The notes: generated from the letters alone by a model not told the origin. A DNA stretch of 64,000 bases from Candidatus Dormiibacterota bacterium (GCA_036561525.1 DATBPD010000009.1:29249-93248), one strand, 5' to 3'. Counted from the stretch's first letter, positions 20,331 to 30,516 are shown. Made by a program: numbers and translations.

Positions 20331-21059
20331 CTACGAGTTCGGTGTCAACGCGGTTTCGACCAGGCTCAACGCCCAGTCACTGAGAATTGCCAGTGCCGCC
20401 ACGATCACGGCGCCGGTGATGATGACATGCTCGCTCCCAGTACCGGCCGCGATGATGTCGCCAAGGCCGCCGCCACCGACGAAATTGCCCAGCGTGGCGG
20501 TGCCCACAATCAGCACGAGGCTGGTGCGCAAACCGGCAAAGATGCCCGGGGATGCGAGCGGGAGCTGCACACGCAGCAATGACTGCAGTCGGGTCATGCC
20601 CATCCCGCGTGCGGCATCCACCAGGCTCTCATCGATGCTCTGCAATGCAGCCACCGTGTTGCGCACGATGGGAAGCAGCCCGTAGACGCTGAGGGCTTCG
20701 ACGGTGGAGGTGACGCCGAGACCGCTGATGGTGGTGGCGATGGCCAGCGCACCGACGGACGGGATGGCCTGGCCAAGGTTGGCGGGGAGGAAGGCGATGA
20801 TCCTGCCCACTCGCCCGCGCCCGGCGAGACCGATGCCGAGCGCGCATCCGACCACCGCAGAGACCAGGAAGGAAATCACCACCAGCTCGATGTGCCGGGC
20901 CAACCGTGTGAGCACGAAATTCGGCGTGAGCACGAATGGGTCGGTCAGCTTGCCCGGCGTGGTGTTGAGGAACACGACCAGCCCGAGCAGCGCGAGGCCA
21001 ACAAAGAGAGGAACGCGGAAGGTGGCGAGGGAGAAGCGGGTGTGCGACGGAGCCGGCAT
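20331..21059 (-). CDS. ABC transporter permease (OpuCD-like)
   Basis: BPD-type permease with EAA-like 'SIDESLVDAARGMGMTRLQSLLRVQLPLA'. ATG 21059 lies 3 nt after the ATPase stop. Confidence 0.8.
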   Translation of the reverse strand: MPAPSHTRFSLATFRVPLFVGLALLGLVVFLNTTPGKLTDPFVLTPNFVLTRLARHIELVVISFLVSAVVGCALGIGLAGRGRVGRIIAFLPANLGQAIPSVGALAIATTISGLGVTSTVEALSVYGLLPIVRNTVAALQSIDESLVDAARGMGMTRLQSLLRVQLPLASPGIFAGLRTSLVLIVGTATLGNFVGGGGLGDIIAAGTGSEHVIITGAVIVAALAILSDWALSLVETALTPNS

Positions 21060-21061
21060 GA

Positions 21062-22000
21062 TCACCGCGACGCCGCGGCCTCGCGGATGGCATCCGCGTC
21101 GAGCGTCCCGAGCCACCCCTCACCGTCGACCACGGCCACCCGTCCGTCGGTCGAGCGCAGCGTCGCATCGAGCGCGTCGCGCAGTGAGGCGGCGACCGGC
21201 ACCTCGGCCTGCGGTCGCGCCCCGTTGCGGCTGAGCTTGACGTCGCGCAGCGGCAGCAGCGCCAGGCGTCGCAGCAGCAGGTTGTCGCCGAGGAACTCCT
21301 CGACGAACCCGGTCTTGGGGTGGAGCAGCAGCTCCGCCGGGGTGTCGTACTGGGCCAGGTGACCGCCATCCGCGAACAGGGCGACGTGGTCGCCCAGCCG
21401 CACCGCCTCGTCGATGTCGTGGGTGACGAACACGATGGTCTTGCGCACCACCGACTGGAGACGCAGAAGCTCGTGCTGGAGGCGCAACCTGACCACCGGG
21501 TCGATGGCGCCGAAGGGCTCGTCCATCAGCAGGATGGGCGGGTCGGCTCCCAGCGCCCTGGCCACACCGACGCGCTGGCGCTGCCCACCACTCAGCTCGG
21601 AGGGATGCCGGTGCGCATACTCGGCCGCCGGCAGTCCGACGAGGTCGAGCAGCTCCTCCACCCGGGTGTTGATGCGCGCCGTGGCCCAGCCGAGCAACCG
21701 CGGCACGATGGCCACGTTGTCGGCCACCGTCAGGTGCGGGAACAACCCCACCTGCTGGATCACGTAGCCGATGCCGCGACGGAGTTGTTCGGGCGGCAGC
21801 GACGCGGTGTCGACGTCGTCGATGAGGATGCGCCCCTCGCTGGGCTCGACGAGGCGGTTGATCATCCGCAGTGTGGTCGTCTTGCCGCACCCCGACGGCC
21901 CCACCAGGATGACGATCTCGCCGGCGCGGATCTGCAGGTCGAGGGCGTTGACGACCGCCCGGTCGCCGTAGCGGCGGGTGACCTGCTCGAACGTGATCAT
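21062..22000 (-). CDS. ABC transporter ATP-binding protein (OpuCA/ProV-like) with short CBS-like C-terminus
   Basis: Walker A 'GPSGCGKTT', signature 'LSGGQRQRV', Walker B 'ILLMDEPF', H-loop 'FVTHD'. Confidence 0.9.
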   Translation of the reverse strand: MITFEQVTRRYGDRAVVNALDLQIRAGEIVILVGPSGCGKTTTLRMINRLVEPSEGRILIDDVDTASLPPEQLRRGIGYVIQQVGLFPHLTVADNVAIVPRLLGWATARINTRVEELLDLVGLPAAEYAHRHPSELSGGQRQRVGVARALGADPPILLMDEPFGAIDPVVRLRLQHELLRLQSVVRKTIVFVTHDIDEAVRLGDHVALFADGGHLAQYDTPAELLLHPKTGFVEEFLGDNLLLRRLALLPLRDVKLSRNGARPQAEVPVAASLRDALDATLRSTDGRVAVVDGEGWLGTLDADAIREAAASR

Positions 22001-22641
22001 GCCGGTGCTGCCACGTCGGCCCCGCGCGCAAGCGCGTTCTGTGCGAAGCCGAGGATGCGGTCCGCGAAGAGTGCCAGCAGAGTCGCCGGGATGACGCCGG
22101 CGAAGACCTCGGCGCTGTTGGAGTCGCGGATGCCCGACAGGATTGGCTGGCCGAGGTCGTTGGCACCGACGGTGGCGCCGACGGTGGCGATCGCAACCAC
22201 CATCACGGTGGCCTGGCGAAAGCCGGCGAGGATGAGCGGGAGCGCGAGCGGAAGCTGCACGCGGCGCAGGCGCTGGGCCGGTGACATGCCCATTCCGATA
22301 GCGGCGTCGAGGACTGCGGGGTCGACGCCGCGCAGCCCGACGACGGTGTTGCGCACGATGGGGAGCAGGGCATAGATGGCCAGGCCGATCTCCACTGGCA
22401 GGTCGCCGAGGCCGAGGTAGTAGGCCAGGGCGGTGAAGAGCGCAAAGCTGGGCAGCGTGATGGCAACCGACGCGATGCCCAGGGTGAGCCCGCGCACCCG
22501 GTCGTAGCGCGTCGCCATGACACCGAGCGCGACGCCCACCACGCCTGCGGCGGCCATCGCCACCGCGACGATCAGCAGCTGATCGAGCAGTTGCGCCTCC
22601 AGGTCCGACCAGTTCTGCTGGACGTAGTGGATGAGGTCCAC
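21997..22641 (-). CDS. ABC transporter permease (OpuCB-like)
   Basis: 'VDPAVLDAAIGMGMSPAQRLRRVQLPLALP' EAA loop. GTG start. The stop overlaps the ATPase start by 4 nt. Confidence 0.85.
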   Translation of the reverse strand: MDLIHYVQQNWSDLEAQLLDQLLIVAVAMAAAGVVGVALGVMATRYDRVRGLTLGIASVAITLPSFALFTALAYYLGLGDLPVEIGLAIYALLPIVRNTVVGLRGVDPAVLDAAIGMGMSPAQRLRRVQLPLALPLILAGFRQATVMVVAIATVGATVGANDLGQPILSGIRDSNSAEVFAGVIPATLLALFADRILGFAQNALARGADVAAPA

Positions 22642-22662
22642 CGCCTAACGCTCCACAGTCGA

Positions 22663-22685
22663 TCCGCCGTGAGCGGCGGAGTATA
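22663..22685 (-). promoter_or_regulatory. opuC-operon promoter/leader: minus-strand TATACT plus 7-bp leader hairpin
   Basis: Plus-strand AGTATA at 22680-22685 reads TATACT on the minus strand. Hairpin TCCGCCG-TGAG-CGGCGGA at 22663-22680. On the minus strand, GGAG lies about 10 nt before GTG 22641. Confidence 0.3.
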
Positions 22686-22751
22686 GGAGCGCCGGCCGGT
22701 CAGGGGCACGCGTGGATGCGCGACCGCGGCGGCGCCACGTACAGCCGTCCG

Positions 22752-22757
22752 TATACT
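22752..22757 (+). promoter_or_regulatory. -10-like TATACT, 8 nt before proS ATG (leaderless candidate)
   Basis: TATACT at 22752-22757, ATG at 22766. Confidence 0.35.
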
Positions 22758-22765
22758 CGGCCGCC

Positions 22766-24220
22766 ATGGCCACAGCGCGCAGTCCCAAGCAGATCGCCTC
22801 GAAGAGCGAGGATTTCGACCGCTGGTACGTCGACGTGGTGCGCCGCGCCGAGCTCGCCGACTACACCCCGGTCAAGGGCTGCATGGTGATCCGTCCGTAC
22901 GGCTTCGCCCTCTGGGAGCGGACCCGCGACGCGCTGGACGCCATGATCAAGCGCACCGGCCACGAGAACATGTACTTCCCGCTTTTCATCCCCGAGAGCT
23001 ACCTGGCCAAGGAGGCTCAGCACGTCGAGGGGTTCGCCCCCGAGGTCTTCTGGGTGACCGAGGGCGGCAACCGGCACCTCGAGGAGCGGCTGGCGATCCG
23101 GCCGACCAGCGAGACGATCATCTGCTCGATGTACGCCGACTGGATCCACTCCTGGCGCGACCTGCCGGTGCTCATCAACCAGTGGGTCAACGTCGCCCGC
23201 TGGGAGAAGCGCACGCGGCTGTTCCTGCGCACCGCCGAGTTCCTCTGGCAGGAGGGCCACACCTTCCACGAGACCGACGCCGAGGCGACCGCCGAGGTGG
23301 ACACCATGCTCGAGTGCTACCGCGAGCTCGCCGAGGAATGGCTGGCGATCCCGGTGATCAAGGGCCGCAAGACGGAATCCGAGAAGTTCGCGGGCGCGCG
23401 CTACACCCTCAGCATCGAGGCGATGATGTCGGACGGCTGGGCCCTGCAGTCGGGCACATCGCACCACCTGGCGCAGAACTTCACCACCGCGTACGGCATT
23501 CAGTACAGCGACCGCGGCAACACACTGCAGCATCCATTCCAGACCTCGTGGGGTCTGTCGACCAGGATCATCGGCGGACTCATCATGGCCCACGGCGACG
23601 AGGCGGGCCTGGTCATCCCACCTCGGGTCGCGCCCATCCAGGTGGTGGTGGTGCCGATCGCGCGCAGCGGGGACGATGACGCTGTGCGTCAGGTCGAGGA
23701 CGCCTGCACGCGGATCGAACGCGAGGCCGGACCTGACGTCCGGGTCCGCGTCGACCGCCGCGAGGGGATGCGTCCCGGCGAGAAGTTCGCCCACTGGGAG
23801 CTGCGCGGCGTGCCGCTGCGCGTCACCGTCGGCGCCAAGGACCTGGCCGCTGGCAACGTCACCGTGGTGCGCCGGGTCGACGCCGAGGAGAGCCTGGTGC
23901 CGCTCGATGGCCTCGGGGGCCGCCTGACGGCGATGCTCGACGAGGCGCAGCTGGCCATTCGGGCGCGGGCGCAGCGCCAGCTCGACGAGGGCAGCGTCGA
24001 CGTCGCCACCATCGACGAGCTGGTCGCCGCCTTCGCGGAGCGGCCGGTCTTCGCCAGCGCACCGTTCTGTGACCGGCCGGAGTGCGAGACCGGGGTCAAG
24101 GCGGCGGTGCACGCCGCCACCGTGCGCATCCTCCGCGCTGACCGCAGCGGCGACGGACGGCCGTGCCTGGTGTGTGGGCAGCCTGCGGAGCTCGTCGCGC
24201 TGATCGCCCGCGCCTACTGA
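22766..24220 (+). CDS. proS: Prolyl-tRNA synthetase, short archaeal/eukaryote-like type
   Basis: About 485 aa with no INS editing domain. 'FDRWYVDVVRRAELADY.PVKGCMVIRPYG', 'FWVTEGG', 'RTAEFLWQEGHTFH', and a Cys-containing C-terminal domain ending in a terminal Tyr ('ARAY*'). Confidence 0.9.
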   Translation: MATARSPKQIASKSEDFDRWYVDVVRRAELADYTPVKGCMVIRPYGFALWERTRDALDAMIKRTGHENMYFPLFIPESYLAKEAQHVEGFAPEVFWVTEGGNRHLEERLAIRPTSETIICSMYADWIHSWRDLPVLINQWVNVARWEKRTRLFLRTAEFLWQEGHTFHETDAEATAEVDTMLECYRELAEEWLAIPVIKGRKTESEKFAGARYTLSIEAMMSDGWALQSGTSHHLAQNFTTAYGIQYSDRGNTLQHPFQTSWGLSTRIIGGLIMAHGDEAGLVIPPRVAPIQVVVVPIARSGDDDAVRQVEDACTRIEREAGPDVRVRVDRREGMRPGEKFAHWELRGVPLRVTVGAKDLAAGNVTVVRRVDAEESLVPLDGLGGRLTAMLDEAQLAIRARAQRQLDEGSVDVATIDELVAAFAERPVFASAPFCDRPECETGVKAAVHAATVRILRADRSGDGRPCLVCGQPAELVALIARAY

Positions 24221-24276
24221 CACAACCCGCGGGCGGAGTGGTCGCGCGAGTTCGAATTCGCCACTTCACGGGTACC

Positions 24277-26430
24277 ATGGTCAGGGCGATGGCGATCGAC
24301 GAGCTCCTCTCCAGGACGGCGTACCTCCGCGACGAGGAACGCGAGGTGTTGTGCCGCGCCTACGCGCTGGCCGAGCACGCTCATGAGGGGCAATCGCGGC
24401 TCAGCGGTGAGCCATACGTCACCCATCCCCTGGCTGTGGCCGCGATCCTCGCCGACCTTGGCCTGGACGCCGACACCCTGGTCGCCGCCCTGCTCCACGA
24501 CACCGTCGAGGACACCGACGTCACCCGCGAGCAGCTGCGCGACGAGTTCGGCGCCCACGTGGCCAAGCTTGTCGACGGGGTCACCAAGCTGGGCAAGATC
24601 CACGTCCACACCCGCGAGCAGGCCCAGGCCGAGAACATCCGCAAGATGCTCGTCGCCATGGCCGAGGACATCCGGGTCGTGCTCATCAAGCTCGGCGACA
24701 GGCTGCACAACATGCGCACCGTCGGCGCCCACAACGAGGAGCGGCGCCAGCGCATCTCGCGCGAGACGCTCGACATCTACGCACCGCTGGCCCATCGGCT
24801 CGGAATCTGGCAGGTCAAGGGCGAGCTCGAGGATCTCGCGTTCGCGCAGCTCGACCCCGACAACTACCACGCGGTCGCAGCCAAGGTCAGCAAGGCCGCC
24901 GCGGAGCGCGGAACCTTCGTCCGGGACGTCACCGAGATCCTTGAACGCGAGTTCGAGCGCCTCGGCATCAGCGCGGAGATCTCCGGCCGGCCCAAGCACA
25001 TCTACAGCATCCACGACAAGATGGAACGGACCCACAAGGACTTCGATGAGATCTACGACCTGATCGCGCTGCGCATCCTCGTCGACAGCATCAAGGACTG
25101 CTACGGCGCGCTGGGCACGGTGCACTCACTGTGGAAACCGATCCCAGGACGCTTCAAGGACTACGTCGCCATGCCCAAGGGCAACGGCTACCAGTCGCTG
25201 CACACCACTGTGGTCTCGCACACCGGCGAGCCGATGGAGGTGCAGATCCGCACTCAGGAGATGCACATCACCGCCGAGTACGGCATCGCCGCCCATTGGC
25301 ACTACAAGGAGGGTGCCCAGCAGACGCGCTTCGACGAGCGCTACGGCTGGCTGCGCCTGCTCATGGACTGGCAGAAGGAGGTACTCGACGCCGAGGCGTT
25401 CGTCGACACCGTCAAGGTCGACATCTTCCAGGACGAGGTCTTCGTGTTCACCCCCAAGGGCGACGTGCGCTCGCTGCCGATGGGCAGCACCCCGGTGGAC
25501 TTCGCCTACCGCGTGCACACCGATGTCGGCCACCACTGCATCGGCGCCAAGGTCAACAGCCGCATGGTGCCGCTCGACTACCGCCTTCAGCACGGCGACA
25601 TCGTCGAGGTGCTGACCACCAAGGGAGCCCACGCGCCCAGCCGAGACTGGCTCAACTTCGTCAAGACCAGCAGCGCTCGCGAGAAGATCCGCAGCTGGTT
25701 CAAGAAGGAGCGGCGCGAGGAGAACGTCCAGAAGGGCCGCGAACAGCTCGACAAAGAGTTCCGGCGGCTGCGCCAGCAGTCACTGACCTCGCTCAAGGAG
25801 GAAAGACTCCTCGAGCTGGCCGAGGACTTCAAGTACGCGACGACCGACGACTTCCTCGCCGCCCTCGGCTACGGCGACGTCAGCGCCCGCGGCGCCGTGC
25901 TGCGCTACAGCGACCGCGAGTCACCTGATCAGGCCAGCGAGACGATGGTCCTCGGCATCCCCCTGATCAGCGCAAGCCCTGTGGCCAACGGCCACGTGCG
26001 CGTGCATGGCATGACCGACATGCTCACCACCCTGGCACAGTGCTGCAAGCCGCTCGCCGGCGACAGCATCCGCGGATACATCACGCGAGGCAAGGGTGTC
26101 ACCGTCCACCGGGCCGACTGCGTCAACGTGCGCAACGCGGCCGACCCCGACCGCATCGTCGAGGTCGAGTGGGAGCGTGGCAACTCGCAGGTGTACCCGG
26201 TCAACATCAAGATCGAGGCGTGGGACCGCACCGGCCTGCTCCGTGACATCGCCGCGGTTATCGCCGAGTCGAAGATCAACCTGTCAGGCGCCGATGTGCA
26301 GGTGTATGACGACCGTACCGCGGTGATCTCCACCATCGTCGAAATCGCCAACCTGACCCAGCTGAGCCGCCTGCTGGAGCGCCTCGAAGGGGTGCGCGAC
26401 GTCCACACGGTGGCGCGCGAGGCGGTGTAG
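24277..26430 (+). CDS. relA: Bifunctional (p)ppGpp synthetase/hydrolase Rel (RelA/SpoT homologue)
   Basis: HD hydrolase 'YVTHPLAVA..L...LDADTLVAALLHDTVEDT', synthetase 'RPKHIYSIHDKM' and 'GYQSLHTTV', then TGS and ACT-like C-terminus. Confidence 0.95.
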   Translation: MVRAMAIDELLSRTAYLRDEEREVLCRAYALAEHAHEGQSRLSGEPYVTHPLAVAAILADLGLDADTLVAALLHDTVEDTDVTREQLRDEFGAHVAKLVDGVTKLGKIHVHTREQAQAENIRKMLVAMAEDIRVVLIKLGDRLHNMRTVGAHNEERRQRISRETLDIYAPLAHRLGIWQVKGELEDLAFAQLDPDNYHAVAAKVSKAAAERGTFVRDVTEILEREFERLGISAEISGRPKHIYSIHDKMERTHKDFDEIYDLIALRILVDSIKDCYGALGTVHSLWKPIPGRFKDYVAMPKGNGYQSLHTTVVSHTGEPMEVQIRTQEMHITAEYGIAAHWHYKEGAQQTRFDERYGWLRLLMDWQKEVLDAEAFVDTVKVDIFQDEVFVFTPKGDVRSLPMGSTPVDFAYRVHTDVGHHCIGAKVNSRMVPLDYRLQHGDIVEVLTTKGAHAPSRDWLNFVKTSSAREKIRSWFKKERREENVQKGREQLDKEFRRLRQQSLTSLKEERLLELAEDFKYATTDDFLAALGYGDVSARGAVLRYSDRESPDQASETMVLGIPLISASPVANGHVRVHGMTDMLTTLAQCCKPLAGDSIRGYITRGKGVTVHRADCVNVRNAADPDRIVEVEWERGNSQVYPVNIKIEAWDRTGLLRDIAAVIAESKINLSGADVQVYDDRTAVISTIVEIANLTQLSRLLERLEGVRDVHTVAREAV

Positions 26431-26440
26431 CGACCAAGCC

Positions 26441-26556
26441 GGGGCGGGCGGCATCGCTTCGGTCGCTGTCCTCGCTGATCGCTGCGGAGCCCCTCGGCTG
26501 CGCCGAGTGGGTCTCCGCGCGGCTGCGGATGCTCCCTTCGCGACGCCGCCCGCCCC
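26441..26556 (+). other. 116-nt nested inverted repeat / structured element directly after relA
   Basis: GGGGCGGGCGGCaTCGC (26441-26457) pairs with GCGAcGCCGCCCGCCCC (26540-26556), 16 of 17 positions. It encloses inner stems GCGGAG...CTCCGC and CTCGG-CTGCG-CCGAG, and is followed by TCTTCGTCT. Confidence 0.45.
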
Positions 26557-26652
26557 TCTTCGTCTCCAGCCTTGGCCGGGCTCCTGTGGCCGCGGGTCGC
26601 TGGGGTGAGGCAGCACCGAGCCCATCGGGTCCGTCGCCTGCAGAGGCGCCGG

Positions 26653-26658
26653 TACACT
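26653..26658 (+). promoter_or_regulatory. -10-like TACACT, 9 nt before hisS ATG (leaderless candidate)
   Basis: TACACT at 26653-26658, ATG at 26668. Confidence 0.35.
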
Positions 26659-26667
26659 CGGGCGGCC

Positions 26668-27935
<1,268 letters not shown>

Positions 27936-27939
<4 letters not shown>

Positions 27940-29753
27940 GCGTCGAGCGCACCGGTTGCGGGATCCCGCGCGGCGGCGACGCTGGCACGACCGTGACCGT
28001 CTACGGCTGGGTCGATCGCCGCCGCGACCACGGCCGGCTGGTCTTCCTCGACCTCCGTGACCACACCGGCATCCTCCAGGTGGTCATCAACCCGCAGACG
28101 GCCCCGCGGGCGCACCAGGCGATCCAGGGCGTGCGGCTCGAGTACGTCCTGCGGGTACGCGGGCAGCTCCGCCATCGTGAGCCGCAGAACGTCAACCCGC
28201 GGCTGGGCACCGGCGAGGTCGAGCTCGCCGCTGACGACTGTGAGGTGCTCTCGGTGGCGCGGACGCCGCCGTTTCCCGTCAACGAGGACACCGAGGTCGA
28301 CGAGACACTGCGGCTGCGCCATCGCTATCTCGACCTGCGCCGCCCTCGTCTGCAGCGCAACCTGCGCAGCCGGGCGCGGTTCATCGCGGCGCTGCGCAGC
28401 GTGATGGGGGAGATGGATTTCACCGAGATCGAGACACCGATGATGATCCGGGCCACGCCCGAGGGGGCGCGCGACTACCTGGTGCCGAGCCGCCTGCAGC
28501 ACGGCAGCTTCTATGCGCTTCCGCAATCGCCGCAGCTCTACAAGCAGCTGTGCATGGTGGCCGGGCTCGACCGCTACTTCCAGATCGCGCGCTGCATGCG
28601 CGACGAGGATCTCCGCGCCGACCGCCAGCCGGAGTTCACCCAGCTCGACATCGAGATGTCGTTCGTCGACGAGGAGGACGTCTTCAGCGTCCTGGAGCGA
28701 GCCATATCGACTGCGTGGGTGGCCAGCGGTTTCCGCGGCAGCATCACAACTCCTTTCCCGCGACTCACCTGGCACGAGGCCATGGATCGCTACGGCGTCG
28801 ACAAGCCGGATGTGCGCTTCGGGCTGGAGTTGCGCGACCTCACCGACGTGGCACGCAACTGCGGCTTTCGCGTGTTCGCCGACGCCGTGGCCGCGGGTGG
28901 CGTGGTCAAGGGGATCGCCGTCCCGGGCGGGGCTGACCTGACCCGCAGCGAGCTAGAGGGTCGGCTGCTGGACGTGGTGCGTACCTTCAAGGCCCGCGGC
29001 CTCGCCTACCTGTGGCGTCGCGAGGATGGCTGGGAGAGCGGCATCGCCAAGTTCTTCAGCAGTGCCGAGCTCAGCGTCATCGGGGACATCAGCGGCGCAG
29101 CCGTCGGAGACGCGGTGCTGATGGTGGCCGACCGCCGCGCGGTTGTCGGCGCCGCCCTTGGCGCGCTGCGCAGTCATCTCGGGCACGAACGCGGGCTTGC
29201 CGACCCCGAGCGGATGGCGATGATCTGGGTGACCGACTTCCCCATGTTCGAACGCAACGAGGAGTCCGGTGCGGTGACGCCGCTGCATCACCCGTTCACC
29301 ATGGCCCACAGCGAGGATGTCGACCTGCTCGAGACCGACCCGCTGCGGATCAGGTCGCGAGCCTACGACATCGTTCTCAACGGCCGTGAGATCGGCAGCG
29401 GCAGCATCCGCATCACCGACCCCGCCATCCAGGAGCGCGTCTTTGCGGCCATGGGCATCGACGCCGACTCCGCGCAGCACAAGTTCGGCTTCCTGCTCGA
29501 AGCCTTCGAGTACGGCGTGCCACCGCACGGCGGTTTCGCCGCGGGCGTCGAGCGGTTGGTGATGGAGGGGCTCGGCGAGGAGAACATCCGCGACGTCGTC
29601 GCCTTTCCCAAGAACCAGCAGGCCCAGGAGCCGATGACCGGTGCCCCGGCCCCCGTCGATGCAGACCAGCTGGCCGAGCTCGGCCTGCAGCCGCGACCGG
29701 CGTCGCCGGCCGCGCCATTGCGCGCGGAAATGTCACACGACGACGAGGGTTGA
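27936..29753 (+). CDS. aspS: Aspartyl-tRNA synthetase (bacterial long type)
   Basis: 'VTVYGWVDRRRDHGRLVFLDLRDHTGILQVV', 'FYALPQSPQLYKQL', 'RCMRDEDLRADRQPEFTQLDIEMSF', 'GSGSIRI'. The GTG overlaps the hisS stop. Confidence 0.95.
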
Positions 29754-29770
29754 GCTCGGCGACCGTGCGG

Positions 29771-29776
29771 TAGGAT
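29771..29776 (+). promoter_or_regulatory. Orphan -10-like TAGGAT just after aspS, with no ORF start at leaderless distance
   Basis: TAGGAT lies 18 nt after the aspS stop. The next credible CDS starts about 190 nt downstream. Confidence 0.25.
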
Positions 29777-29966
29777 CGTCTGCGGCACCCGGCTGGTCGC
29801 AGTCGTCCACAGATGCGGCTGGACCAACATCAAACGCATCGGGAACCTCATATTCGTTCGCTGGACCCCGAGCCTCCGCACCCGAGCGCGTGGATGGGGG
29901 AAGGCGCCGTGCGGGATCCCACCTTGTCAATCGGGCTCAGCCCCTCGACGGCGCGGCCATGCCGGG

Positions 29967-30263
29967 GTGTCATCGTCCTCCTCCTCTAGGCTGCACCGGG
30001 TGAGCCCGGGCATCGTCCTCGCCGCGTTGATCGTGGCCATCGGCGCTCAACTGACCCGGGTGCTGGTCCCGCATCGCGGCAACTACCTGCTTGCGGTGGT
30101 CTGTGCAGCGATGGGTTTGCTTGGCGCTGAGCTGCTCGCCCTCGGCGGCCACGGCGGGCCCACCGTGGGCGCCGTCCACCCTCTTGCTGATGCGGGCGGC
30201 ATCGCCCTGGTGGAGGCCGGGGGTCTGATCCTTGCCGCCCCGCGCCGCCCTGGTCGCCGATAA
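29967..30263 (+). CDS. Hypothetical small membrane protein (about 3 hydrophobic segments)
   Basis: 98-aa ORF with GC-rich third positions and hydrophobic stretches 'GIVLAALIVAIGAQL', 'YLLAVVCAAMGLLGAELLAL' and 'GIALVEAGGLILA'. I recognise no family. An internal GTG (VSPGIV) start is possible. Confidence 0.45.
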   Translation: MSSSSSSRLHRVSPGIVLAALIVAIGAQLTRVLVPHRGNYLLAVVCAAMGLLGAELLALGGHGGPTVGAVHPLADAGGIALVEAGGLILAAPRRPGRR

Positions 30264-30299
30264 TCGCGGCTCAGCCAGTTAGGGAGCTCGATTCTGCAC

Positions 30300-30494
30300 T
30301 TGCCATTCGGTCGTAAGGGGCTTCTCGCCGCCGCCGCCGTGAGTGGGGCGATCGTGTACTGGCGCGTCGCCGAGCAGCGGCGCGCGCGCCAGGCCGGCGC
30401 CGAGATCGACGAGGCGATCGCCGAGGGACGGGCTGCCGCGGATCGCCTGCTGGCCGGCGGCAAACCGGGGGATGAGCAGTTTGACCAGCGCTGA
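30300..30494 (+). CDS. Hypothetical small protein with one N-terminal TM segment and a charged helical tail
   Basis: 64 aa 'GLLAAAAVSGAIVYW' followed by 'RVAEQRRARQAGAEIDEAIAEGRAAADRLL'. GGGAG at 30282-30286 lies upstream of the TTG start. No family recognised. Confidence 0.4.
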   Translation: MPFGRKGLLAAAAVSGAIVYWRVAEQRRARQAGAEIDEAIAEGRAAADRLLAGGKPGDEQFDQR

Positions 30495-30504
30495 TATGGG
30501 GTAT
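30479..30504 (+). promoter_or_regulatory. Sigma-B/sigma-F-type promoter GTTTGA-N14-GGGTAT in front of the anti-sigma/sigma pair
   Basis: GTTTGA at 30479-30484, a 14-nt spacer, then GGGTAT at 30499-30504. ATG 30517 lies 12 nt after the -10 element. Confidence 0.5.
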
Positions 30505-30516
30505 TTCTCACCTGGG

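Noticed and set aside
19340-22641. Labelling the OpuC-type operon a horizontally acquired island.
   Set aside because: There are no flanking mobility genes, tRNA or direct repeats, and no obvious compositional break by eye. Only the strand inversion is unusual, so it is kept as a low-interest note.
24246-24261. Imperfect palindrome GCGAGTTCGAATTCGC upstream of relA as a possible operator or SOS-like box.
   Set aside because: It has two mismatches in 16 nt, does not match the GAAC-N4-GTTC type SOS box, and sits in a single 56-nt gap. I judged this too weak to report.
29813-29989. A 58-aa ORF (MRLDQHQTHREPHIRSLDPEPP...) in the aspS-downstream gap.
   Set aside because: Its third codon positions are frequently A/T, unlike all confident genes here. 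It has no SD or leaderless geometry and no recognisable motif. The region is treated as non-coding.
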